From an uncultured Gemmatimonadota bacterium (GTDB lineage: Bacteria; SM23-81; DAOVCL01), in contig CAZVGK010000022.1 of assembly GCA_964626665.1 (NCBI GenBank), positions 1 to 56,038 on the forward strand: a stretch of DNA of 56,038 nucleotides. Direction: 5' to 3'. Shown here piece after piece: positions 1 through 8,279 of the stretch. The notes below the pieces were generated by a model. It was not told the DNA's origin, ran no database searches, and saw only the letters and a program-made list of their open reading frames with translations. A program made the translations under genes and the position numbers. How positions within the stretch are numbered: position 1 is the stretch's first letter; every line of letters starts with the position of its first letter.

Positions 1-478
1 AATTAAGTTTTTTGAAAGTATTTTCACTGCTTTAATAGTTGCCTCTATGGGTGGTATCATCACGGCAGTCAAATTAGATGTAATAAATAATGTTTTAGTT
101 CTAACAGGATTGCTTTTGCTTCCCATTTGTTCTTGTATCGCACTTTACTTTGGCATACGAAATCTAAATCGAGAGTCAAGGCTTCTTTTTATCGAAGAAG
201 CGTCAATGTTTAAAATACTAAAACTTATTTCGTTACCTGATAAAGTTCCTGAGAGCAAAAGGTGGATACCTGGTGATGAATTTCTTCTACCACCGAAATA
301 CAGAGACTACAAATATGGGATGGATGAAATAAAGGAGAATCCTAATTTTGAAGAATGGCTTGATTTAAGAACTAAGAAGCATGAATTCTCACACGTCATT
401 AATTACCTATTTGCATCTGAAATAGTGATTTCTCTATTGTTAATCATTGCTATCATTTGTTATTACTACTTCGCCTAA
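1..478 (+). CDS. Integron cassette 1: membrane protein (about 3 TM segments), 5' end probably outside the window
   Basis: The frame is open from base 2 (IKFFESIFTALIVASMGG...). It has two N-terminal hydrophobic segments and one C-terminal one. The TAA stop lies inside the attC R'' box GCCTAAC. Confidence 0.75.
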   Translation, partial: IKFFESIFTALIVASMGGIITAVKLDVINNVLVLTGLLLLPICSCIALYFGIRNLNRESRLLFIEEASMFKILKLISLPDKVPESKRWIPGDEFLLPPKYRDYKYGMDEIKENPNFEEWLDLRTKKHEFSHVINYLFASEIVISLLLIIAIICYYYFA

Positions 479-550
479 CACCAGATATACGGCTTCACTT
501 CGCTCCGCCCAAATGCCTTCGGCATTTCGTATATCTGGGAAACGTTAGAT
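473..550 (+). mobile_element. attC site 1 (integron recombination site)
   Basis: GCCTAAC (RYYYAAC) ... GTTAGAT (GTTRRRY), with inner inverted repeat CCAGATATACG/CGTATATCTGG, directly after the stop codon. Confidence 0.9.
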
Positions 551-583
551 GAGATTGCATTTTTATGATACACAGGTAACATT

Positions 584-1510
584 ATGTTAGCTTTGTTTCT
601 TGGAGCTGGCTTTTCAAAGTGGGCTGCGAATTTGCCAGTGGCTAGTCAGTTATTCGATTTTGATATTGAACCATGGGGGCCTCGTGAGTATAAGAAACTT
701 GAGGTTGTAAAATTGCTTAAACATAATTGGGATATATCTCACCCTTATGGGCTTACCGAACAATTTATAGCAGATGCATTGAATTTTCAGAAGAATAACA
801 AAGAGGCAGTTCTTTGGTATCTTGTTCGTAGGCTTTCGGAACCATTCATTTGGAAAGAATTTCATGCACAGAGATGGCGAAGACATGTCTTGATGATCGA
901 TGAAAACCGCAGATTTAATATTAATGGCGTTAATAAAACAAGGAGCTTTCTCCAACGATTTTGCGGTCCAGCATTGGCAGGCATTGTTACTACAAATTAC
1001 GATATGCTGGTGGAATATGCACTCGGGACAAAGGGATTTAATTATGGTGTTCCCAATCAAACACTGATGGGTCGAGGACCTTATCCAGTTTCTCAGTGGA
1101 GGAATCCCGTTGCACTCAAAGGGATGATTCCTCTTGCGAAAATTCATGGAAGTATCTCATGGGATGAAAATGCTTATTATACAGATGGGAGACGTGGATT
1201 AACGGGTCATGCTTTGATTGTGGCACCAACCCCCGAGAAACAACCCTCAGAATCTTTGAAATCTGTTTGGAATTTGTCTAAAAAAATTCTTAGAAAAGCA
1301 ACAGAAATGATTGTTTTTGGGTTTGCATTTAACCCTTACGATGAAGCAGTTTTGAATCTTCTAAAATTTGAAGGTAAAAATTTGAAGTCTGTTCCTTTAG
1401 TCGACATTGAACCCAACACTGAAGCAGCTCACATTCTATGGCCAAACGCTAATATTGTATCAGTAAAGCCTCCGCCAGACGGAAACAAGGAAATACAAGA
1501 TTGGCAATGA
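584..1510 (+). CDS. Integron cassette 2: stand-alone SIR2-like (SIR2_2) domain protein, probable NADase
   Basis: Motifs LFLGAGFS, TTNYD, KIHGS and VFGFAF are typical of prokaryotic SIR2-like domains; flanked by attC sites. Confidence 0.8.
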   Translation: MLALFLGAGFSKWAANLPVASQLFDFDIEPWGPREYKKLEVVKLLKHNWDISHPYGLTEQFIADALNFQKNNKEAVLWYLVRRLSEPFIWKEFHAQRWRRHVLMIDENRRFNINGVNKTRSFLQRFCGPALAGIVTTNYDMLVEYALGTKGFNYGVPNQTLMGRGPYPVSQWRNPVALKGMIPLAKIHGSISWDENAYYTDGRRGLTGHALIVAPTPEKQPSESLKSVWNLSKKILRKATEMIVFGFAFNPYDEAVLNLLKFEGKNLKSVPLVDIEPNTEAAHILWPNANIVSVKPPPDGNKEIQDWQ

Positions 1511-1537
1511 TATGTTTAGAAATATGAGCGCAACTTC

Positions 1538-1614
1538 ATTTAACAGCGTGTTTTCGGTTCGCTTCGCTCACCTAAATGCCTTCGGCAACTTCGCAAACAC
1601 GCAAGACGTTAGTC
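1538..1614 (+). mobile_element. attC site 2
   Basis: ATTTAAC ... GTTAGTC, inner repeat GCGTGTTT/AAACACGC, central AAATGCCTTCGGCA shared with attC1. Confidence 0.88.
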
Positions 1615-1666
1615 GAAATGCCAACTAATAGTCAAACAGTCAATCATGTTCGGAAGGAGGTATTAA

Positions 1667-2674
1667 ATGCATCATATTAAACTCAGTGGCAGTTATGAGC
1701 AGATGGGACGTAAGCAAGGGCGTTTATTAAAGCGGAGTGGCTTTACCCTGCCACCACCAGATGAAAAGATGTTGCGTTTTGCTAGGCAGTGTGAGGAGAT
1801 AGTGGGTCAGTATATGCCAGAGTTGTTAGACGAGATTCGCGGTGTAGCGGAGGGGGCTGAGATAGACTATGAGGCGATTATGACCCTTACCATGACTGCT
1901 CCTTTTGATCCTGATGAGGTACCCAGTTGCGCTGTAGTGGCCGTAATGTCAGAGCGAACAGCGGATGGGCGCATGATTATTGGCCGAAACTATGATATGT
2001 TCGAGGATGTATCGAAGGAGGGTGCTACGACCTATCGCACTTATCCTGAGGGACACTATGCCAGCGTGGGTAACTGCGACATCTGGGTGGGACGTTGGGA
2101 CGGACTGAATGAGGCCGGTCTCTTTACAGGAACTACCGCTCTTTTCTTGCCGGAGCCTAAACCAGCCCTACCAGGCCCGGTCGGTTGGTTCATTGGACGG
2201 CATATACTTGATCACTGCGCAACAGTGGACGAGGCAGTCGAGTTTATTAAAAGTCTGCCTTGCACGGGGAGTGGCGGTAGACTTATAGCAGATAATTCTG
2301 GTAAGGCTGTGGCGATGGAATCAAGTGTGGAAGGGAGAGAGCTTCGTTATCCAGAAGATGGGTTTTTGATATTAACCAATCACGCAGTCTGTCCAGCATT
2401 TGCAGGAAAGGATCGCGATAGCGAGTACTTTGCGGATTCTCAGGCCCGATACAATCGGCTCCATGAGTTGCTCGGTGGGACGAAAGTGATAGACGTTGAA
2501 ATGGTGAAAAAAGCGATGTCCGATCACAAAGGTGGGGTTTGCTCACACAAAGTGGATTCTTCCGGGCGCAAGGACAGCACCATTTGGTCCGTCGTAGCCC
2601 ATCCAGGTGAGCGGCAGGTAGATATTGCAGAAGGACACCCTTGTCGGGCAAAATATCGAACAGTGAGTTTCTAA
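1667..2674 (+). CDS. Integron cassette 3: C45 family Ntn-hydrolase (acyl-CoA:6-APA acyltransferase/peptidase-like)
   Basis: N-terminal GSYEQMGRKQG and PELLDEIRGVAEGA; predicted autoproteolytic Cys88 (S-CAVVAV); GRNYD, DGLNEAGL and TNH motifs; AAGGAGG RBS. Confidence 0.85.
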   Translation: MHHIKLSGSYEQMGRKQGRLLKRSGFTLPPPDEKMLRFARQCEEIVGQYMPELLDEIRGVAEGAEIDYEAIMTLTMTAPFDPDEVPSCAVVAVMSERTADGRMIIGRNYDMFEDVSKEGATTYRTYPEGHYASVGNCDIWVGRWDGLNEAGLFTGTTALFLPEPKPALPGPVGWFIGRHILDHCATVDEAVEFIKSLPCTGSGGRLIADNSGKAVAMESSVEGRELRYPEDGFLILTNHAVCPAFAGKDRDSEYFADSQARYNRLHELLGGTKVIDVEMVKKAMSDHKGGVCSHKVDSSGRKDSTIWSVVAHPGERQVDIAEGHPCRAKYRTVSF

Positions 2675-2731
2675 GACAGAGAATGCAACCACAACAGAAG
2701 GCTGCTGAGAGGGTGGAATAGTTGGCACTTC

Positions 2732-2805
2732 GGCTAACACGGGCTTTGCGGTTCACTGCGTTTGCCCAAATGCTTCGCACTTCGCAAAGCCCGAGAACGT
2801 TATAT
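2732..2805 (+). mobile_element. attC site 3
   Basis: GGCTAAC ... GTTATAT, inner repeat CGGGCTTTGCG/CGCAAAGCCCG, central CCCAAATGC-TTCG-CA similar to attC1 and attC2. Confidence 0.9.
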
Positions 2806-2828
2806 GAAAGACTGTGCCATAAAAGGAG

Positions 2829-3275
2829 ATGATGAATATGGAGAATAAAGAAAATCTAAAAGAATACATGCTAAAGGAGATTGATATAATTCAGGATATC
2901 ATAAAGCGAATGGCATTTAACTCTTTTATGATAAAAGGATGGGCTATAACCCTTGTTGTTGTGGCTTTATTGTTAAAAGGCACAGAGAAGTATCAAGTTT
3001 GGCTTGCCTTTATTCCATTGTTAGTTTTTTGGTTTTTGGACGCTTACTTTTTATGGCAGGAACGGATGTATAGAAAGTTGTATAAATGGGTTATCAATAA
3101 TAGGCTGAAAACAGAAGAATATTTATTTGATATGGATGCTTACCGATTTAAAAATAAAGTTCAGTCAATACCTCGGATTATGTTTTCTATAACTCTAGGT
3201 TGGTTCTATGGTTCTATAGCAATTTTGGTTATAATTTACGCTTTAATATTATTAATCATGAAAGGAGGATGTTAA
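2829..3275 (+). CDS. Integron cassette 4, gene A: small 3-TM membrane protein, putative TIR-associated effector
   Basis: IQDIIKRMAFNSFMIKGWAITL...FWFLDAYFLWQERMYRKLY pattern and three hydrophobic segments; ends 1 nt before the TIR gene. Confidence 0.75.
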   Translation: MMNMENKENLKEYMLKEIDIIQDIIKRMAFNSFMIKGWAITLVVVALLLKGTEKYQVWLAFIPLLVFWFLDAYFLWQERMYRKLYKWVINNRLKTEEYLFDMDAYRFKNKVQSIPRIMFSITLGWFYGSIAILVIIYALILLIMKGGC

Positions 3276-3276
3276 A

Positions 3277-3720
3277 ATGGCAAGAAGAGTGTTTTTCAGT
3301 TTTCACTATGAATACGTTTGGAAGGTGAACCAAATTAGAAGCATGCCAAACGTTATTGGTACATCTGCTGCTGGATTTCAAGACGCTTCCCTATGGGAAG
3401 AAGCAAAGAAGAAGGGAGACAAAGAAATCAAGCGAATGATTGATAAGGGGTTAGAAAATACATCAGTAACTGTGGTGTGTGTCACATACGGTACAACCAG
3501 CAGGAAGTATATTAACTATGAAATTGACAAATCCCTTGAAAGAGGTAACGGGCTTGTTGCAGTACAGATTCATCATTTGAAGGATCAAAATGGGCAAACT
3601 GGCTCACCGGGAGCAATTCCTTCCCAAATCGAAGCGAATGGGTTCAAGGCTTACAAATACACGAATAAAGAAGCTTTGGCACGCTGGATAGAAGAAGCAG
3701 CCCAAAAGGCAGGGAGATAA
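3277..3720 (+). CDS. Integron cassette 4, gene B: ThsB-like TIR domain protein (DUF1863/MTH538)
   Basis: MARRVFFSFHY start, DASLWEEAKKK, TSVTVV, and the putative catalytic Glu in YINYEI followed by GNGL. Confidence 0.88.
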   Translation: MARRVFFSFHYEYVWKVNQIRSMPNVIGTSAAGFQDASLWEEAKKKGDKEIKRMIDKGLENTSVTVVCVTYGTTSRKYINYEIDKSLERGNGLVAVQIHHLKDQNGQTGSPGAIPSQIEANGFKAYKYTNKEALARWIEEAAQKAGR

Positions 3721-3751
3721 AATATAAGAAGGGAAATAGGCACAGTCCATC

Positions 3752-3783
3752 GTATAACACAGCATATACGCAATGCCCTGCCT
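3752..3783 (+). mobile_element. Truncated attC site 4 (left arm only)
   Basis: GTATAAC-ACAGCATATACG left arm is present and complements the start of cassette 4. No matching right arm or GTTRRRY occurs before the mod RBS. Confidence 0.65.
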
Positions 3784-3808
3784 GAAAAATGAATGGAGGA
3801 TGAGGTAA

Positions 3809-5437
3809 ATGGCAACGCTAATTTTTAAAGGGAAAACCTTTGTCCAGAACCATCATCTGGCGGTGAAGTATCATCAACTTGTTCCCAAGAAAGACAAAAG
3901 TTTGACGGATAAGGTTAGTCTCAATGACAACCTCATACTTCACGGTGATAATCTTAAAGCATTGAAAGCTCTTCTTCCCACTTATGCCGGAAAGGTGAAG
4001 TGTATCTACATTGACCCGCCATACAATACTGGAAATGAAAGATGGGTATATAACGACAATGTCAACAGTCCGATGATGCAGGAGTGGCTTGGGAAGATCG
4101 TAGATAAGGAGGATTTTACTCGTCACGATAAATGGCTCTGTATGATGATGCCAAGATTGAAGTTATTGAGAGAATTGCTGAAGGAAGATGGGGTTATTTT
4201 TGTGAGTATTGATGATAATGAACAGCATCATTTAAGAATGTTGATGGATGAAGTGTTTCAAAAGGAGAATTTTATAACAAACATTATTTGGCAAAAGAAA
4301 TTTTCACCACAAAATGATGCAAAATATTTTTCTGATAATCATGATTTTATTGTGGTTTATGCTAAAAAGAAAAATATATCAGATGAAAAAAATGGTTGGA
4401 TCCGCAATTTATTGCCCCGCACAGAGAGTATGGAAGAAAGATATTCCAATCCGGACAATGATCCAAGAGGACTATGGTCTTCAAGTGATTTATCTGTAAA
4501 AACTTACTCTAAAGATTATGATTATCCAATTACTACACCCTCAGGCAAAGTAATCAATCCTACAAGAGGGCGTTGTTGGAGAACATCAAAAAAGAATTTG
4601 ATGAAATTGATAGCAGATAATCGGATTTGGTTTGGTCCGAACGGAAGTAATGTTCCAAGAATCAAAAGATTCTTGTCTGAAGTTCAGAAAGGATTAGTAC
4701 CTCTTACAATATGGCTTCATAAAGATGTCGGTCACAATCAAAAAGCAAGACAAGAACTAAAAGAAATATTCTCGGATTCGGATTTTCCTTTTGAAACACC
4801 TAAACCAGTTGGATTAGTCCAAAGGATTTTACAAATTGCATCAGATCAATCTTCCATCATTCTTGACTCCTTTGCAGGTTCCGGCACAACTGCTCACGCT
4901 GTTTTGGACCTAAACAAAGAAGATGGTGGCAATCGTAAATTTATCTTGGTTGAGTGTGAGGATTATGCGGATAAGATTACTGCTGAAAGAGTGAGAAGGG
5001 TTGTCAAAGGTGTTCCAAATGCAAAGGATGAGAAATTGAGAGAAGGACTTGGTGGCACATTCAGTTATTTTGAACTTGGCGACCCGATTGAGATGGAGAG
5101 TATCTTAGAAGGGGATAAGCTCCCGAGTTTCCTTGAACTTGCCCGATATGTTTTCTATACCGCCACAGGCGAAGAATTTGACCCATCAAAAGTGGATGAA
5201 AAGAGAAACTTTATCGGAGAATCAAAAGAATATGAGGTTTATCTCTTCTATAAGCCGGATATTGAATATCTTAAAGCAACTGCTCTTACGCTTGAAAGGG
5301 CGAAGACTTTGGGTCCATACAAAGGCAAAAAACGATTGGTTTTTGCGCCCAGCAAATACCTTGATACAGATTATCTTTTAGAATACCGCATTGACTATTG
5401 TCAACTGCCATTTGAGATTTACAGATTGAAGGAATGA
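3809..5437 (+). CDS. mod: Type III R-M system N6-adenine methyltransferase (Mod)
   Basis: IYIDPPYNTG (motif IV) precedes LDSFAGSGTT (motif I), i.e. beta class, with an intervening TRD; upstream of a Res gene. Confidence 0.92.
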   Translation: MATLIFKGKTFVQNHHLAVKYHQLVPKKDKSLTDKVSLNDNLILHGDNLKALKALLPTYAGKVKCIYIDPPYNTGNERWVYNDNVNSPMMQEWLGKIVDKEDFTRHDKWLCMMMPRLKLLRELLKEDGVIFVSIDDNEQHHLRMLMDEVFQKENFITNIIWQKKFSPQNDAKYFSDNHDFIVVYAKKKNISDEKNGWIRNLLPRTESMEERYSNPDNDPRGLWSSSDLSVKTYSKDYDYPITTPSGKVINPTRGRCWRTSKKNLMKLIADNRIWFGPNGSNVPRIKRFLSEVQKGLVPLTIWLHKDVGHNQKARQELKEIFSDSDFPFETPKPVGLVQRILQIASDQSSIILDSFAGSGTTAHAVLDLNKEDGGNRKFILVECEDYADKITAERVRRVVKGVPNAKDEKLREGLGGTFSYFELGDPIEMESILEGDKLPSFLELARYVFYTATGEEFDPSKVDEKRNFIGESKEYEVYLFYKPDIEYLKATALTLERAKTLGPYKGKKRLVFAPSKYLDTDYLLEYRIDYCQLPFEIYRLKE

Positions 5438-5484
5438 GTTTGCGTTGATTATGAGAATTATTATTGCCCTTCGCATATAGATTT

Positions 5485-5562
5485 GAAAAACTGCGAACAC
5501 TGTTCGCAGAAATTAGTTGGATGGATATATGAAAACTGCAGGCACTGTCTGCAGAAATTAGG
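5485..5562 (+). repeat. Imperfect ~30-bp direct repeat, probably a DUF1016 gene scar
   Basis: AAAACTGCGAACACTGTTCGCAGAAATTAG and AAAACTGCAGGCACTGTCTGCAGAAATTAG; the first copy translates as EKLRTLFAEISW, resembling the DUF1016 linker motif. Confidence 0.6.
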
Positions 5563-5572
5563 CTGAATAATT

Positions 5573-8089
5573 ATGGAACTCAAAGAATATCAGAAAAAGA
5601 CATTAGAACAGGTCAAGCGTTATCTTGGGTCACTTGCTGAATTTAAGGCAAAGAATGAAAAGGCAACAGAGATAGACCCTGATCTTTCAATAAACTTTCC
5701 GTTAAAGGCTTGGGAAAAGGTTATTGGGATAACTTACTATTCAAAGAAGAATGGATTGAGGGAAGCATTACCAGATTTTTACCTTAAGATTCCCACAGGT
5801 GGAGGCAAAACATTTCTTGCTTGTCACACAATTGATTTGATAAATAGAATTTATCTCAAAAAGCAAACAGGGATTGTCCTTTGGATTGTCCCAACCACAC
5901 AGATTTACAGGCAGACTCTTGCCAGTTTAAGAAATCGCGAACATCCTTATCGTCAGGTTTTGGATATCTCAAGTGGGGGAAGAACCACTGTATTGGAGAA
6001 AATGGATAGATTCACCAAATTAGATGTAGAGGAAAATCTGGTGGTCATGCTATTGATGCTGCCATCAGCCAGCAGGCGGAATAAAGAGGTCCTGAAGGTT
6101 TTTAAGGATAGTGGTAGTTTCGGTGAGTTTTTCCCATGGGAAGATGATAGAGAGGGGAATGAGAAACTCATAAAAGAATTTCCCAATTTAGATTATTTCG
6201 GTGATGGAGGAAGTTTCTATGGCAGGATTGTAAAAACCTCTCTTGGGAATACTTTAAGGGTTCTAAAACCTATAATTATCATTGACGAAGGGCATAAGGC
6301 ATATAGCGAAATTGCTCAAAAGACCATCAGAGATTTCAATCCATCCATAATTGTAGAATTGTCCGCTACACCGCCTAAAGACAGTAATATTTTGGTCAAC
6401 ATCAGCGGACAGGCGCTTAATCAGGAAGAAATGATTAAACTTGATTTGCACATTACGGTTAAAGCAAGCTTGGATTGGAAAGATGCAATGCTGGCGGCTG
6501 TTGAGAAACGAAATCTTTTGGAACAAAGAGCCAAAGAATATGAAGCTAATACCGGAGAGTATTTACGGCCCATTTGTCTCATCCAGGCAGAAAGAACAGG
6601 TAAAGAGCAGAGAGGCACAAGATATATTCATGCAGAAGATGTCAAAGAATACTTGATTAAGCAATGTGGTATTTCTGAGGGTGAGATAGCCATAAAAAGC
6701 AGTGAAAAGGACGACATTGAGGGGATTGACCTCCTAAGCAGGAATTGTCCAATTCGCTATATCATTACCAAGCAAGCATTGCAGGAAGGCTGGGATTGCG
6801 CTTTTGCTTATCTTCTTACAATTTTAACCAATCCAAGTTCACAGCTTAGCATTACCCAGTTAGTGGGAAGAATTTTGAGACAACCAAAGGCCAGAAAAAC
6901 AAGAGTAAAAGAGCTTGATGAGAGTTATGTCTTTTGTTTCCGGCAAAAAGCAAGAGAACTTTTAGAAAATGTGAAAAGAGGGTTTGAAACAGAGGGGCTG
7001 GGAGATTTGGCAGGTAAGGTAACAGTGGATGAAGGAGATACAGAAAGTGAAGAGGCAACAAAAACAAGGTCTGTCAGCTATAGAGAAAAGTTCAAAAAGT
7101 TTGAAGGGCGGATTTATCTGCCCAAGTTCGTTATTCAAGAAAGAGGAAGTTGGCGAGATGTTAGTTATGAGATGGATATTCTGAGCAGGGTTGATTGGAG
7201 TAAAGTTAATCTTCAGGCATTAGCAGATATTTCATTGGGAGAAATAAAGGCAAAGGAAGAAAAAGTTACGGTAAGTCTTAGTAAAGATGAAAAGAAAGTC
7301 ATTGAGACTAAAGAATTCGTTGCCAAAGAAGGAGGTTTGGAAATCAACAAGGTTTTTATCACCCGACAAATCTTGGATATTGTTCCCAATTCCTGGGTAG
7401 CCTATGAGATCGGCAAGAAAGCAATGGATATTTTTTTAAGTAAATATGATGAAAAGACGGTAACAAATAATCTCGTTTTTATCATTGAAGAATTGAGAAA
7501 GTGTGTTGAAAAAGAAAGAGATAGATTGGCAGAGCAAGTATTTAGAGATCTTATTGAAAGAAAAATTTTGTGGTTCTTTTTGCTTTCCGATAAAGGTGGC
7601 TACAAATTACCGAATCATATAAAGGTTAGAAAAAATCTTAAACCTCTTGTGAGGAATGATTACACCCCAATACAGCAAAGCTTATTTGACTTCGTTCCCG
7701 AAGAAGAGTTTAACGAGATGGAGAAGTCCGTGGCACTTTACCTTGATGAGCAGGAAAGACTTTTATGGTGGTACAGAAACTTAGCAAGGCAGGATTATTA
7801 CATTCAAGGATGGAAAAAACATAAGATTTATCCTGATTTTATTTTCGCTGATACTGATGACAAAAAACAAGATGATTACAACAAGATATATGTAGTTGAG
7901 ACAAAAGGATTACATCTAAAAAACGAAGACACTGATTACAAGAAGAGTATTTTTGATTTCTGCAATAGATTGGGACAACAAAGAGATTGGGGAGAACTGA
8001 ATTTAGAATTTGCTGGGAAAAGAATTGAGTTTCAGGTTATTTTTGAAAACGAGTGGGAGACGAGAATCAATAAAATATTCAGGGTTTGA
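5573..8089 (+). CDS. res: Type III R-M restriction subunit (Res; SF2 helicase plus PD-(D/E)xK nuclease)
   Basis: Walker A IPTGGGKT, DEGH, SAT, LQEGWD, QLVGRILR and C-terminal YPDF...VETKG. Confidence 0.9.
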   Translation: MELKEYQKKTLEQVKRYLGSLAEFKAKNEKATEIDPDLSINFPLKAWEKVIGITYYSKKNGLREALPDFYLKIPTGGGKTFLACHTIDLINRIYLKKQTGIVLWIVPTTQIYRQTLASLRNREHPYRQVLDISSGGRTTVLEKMDRFTKLDVEENLVVMLLMLPSASRRNKEVLKVFKDSGSFGEFFPWEDDREGNEKLIKEFPNLDYFGDGGSFYGRIVKTSLGNTLRVLKPIIIIDEGHKAYSEIAQKTIRDFNPSIIVELSATPPKDSNILVNISGQALNQEEMIKLDLHITVKASLDWKDAMLAAVEKRNLLEQRAKEYEANTGEYLRPICLIQAERTGKEQRGTRYIHAEDVKEYLIKQCGISEGEIAIKSSEKDDIEGIDLLSRNCPIRYIITKQALQEGWDCAFAYLLTILTNPSSQLSITQLVGRILRQPKARKTRVKELDESYVFCFRQKARELLENVKRGFETEGLGDLAGKVTVDEGDTESEEATKTRSVSYREKFKKFEGRIYLPKFVIQERGSWRDVSYEMDILSRVDWSKVNLQALADISLGEIKAKEEKVTVSLSKDEKKVIETKEFVAKEGGLEINKVFITRQILDIVPNSWVAYEIGKKAMDIFLSKYDEKTVTNNLVFIIEELRKCVEKERDRLAEQVFRDLIERKILWFFLLSDKGGYKLPNHIKVRKNLKPLVRNDYTPIQQSLFDFVPEEEFNEMEKSVALYLDEQERLLWWYRNLARQDYYIQGWKKHKIYPDFIFADTDDKKQDDYNKIYVVETKGLHLKNEDTDYKKSIFDFCNRLGQQRDWGELNLEFAGKRIEFQVIFENEWETRINKIFRV

Positions 8090-8152
8090 TATGGTAAGAA
8101 TGGATATGTGCGGCGTTTTAAACCGTGCAAAAGATTACGCTTTGTGCCGTTC

Positions 8153-8181
8153 AAATTCTGCTTATGCAGAATTTATTTTAT
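8153..8181 (+). terminator. Possible intrinsic terminator after res
   Basis: Hairpin AAATTCTGC-TTAT-GCAGAATTT followed by ATTTTAT. Confidence 0.4.
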
Positions 8182-8279
8182 ACCAAAATCGTCATGCGAA
8201 TTGTTAACCTTAAAAGTTTAAAGTATCTCTTCTTTTTACCCTCATTCTTGCCATCAACTCCCCAACCCATGGGGGAAAT

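Noticed and set aside
473-2805. Recurrent AAATGCCTTCGGCA palindromes as a CRISPR array
   Set aside because: They are spaced by whole genes (~1 kb) and embedded in attC structures; no cas genes are present.
584-3720. Canonical Thoeris type I (SIR2-SLOG ThsA + ThsB)
   Set aside because: The SIR2 protein has no SLOG domain and sits in a separate cassette, with an unrelated cassette between it and the TIR gene.
3809-5437. Phase-variable mod (phasevarion)
   Set aside because: No simple-sequence repeat tract is visible in the gene or upstream, and the ORF is intact.
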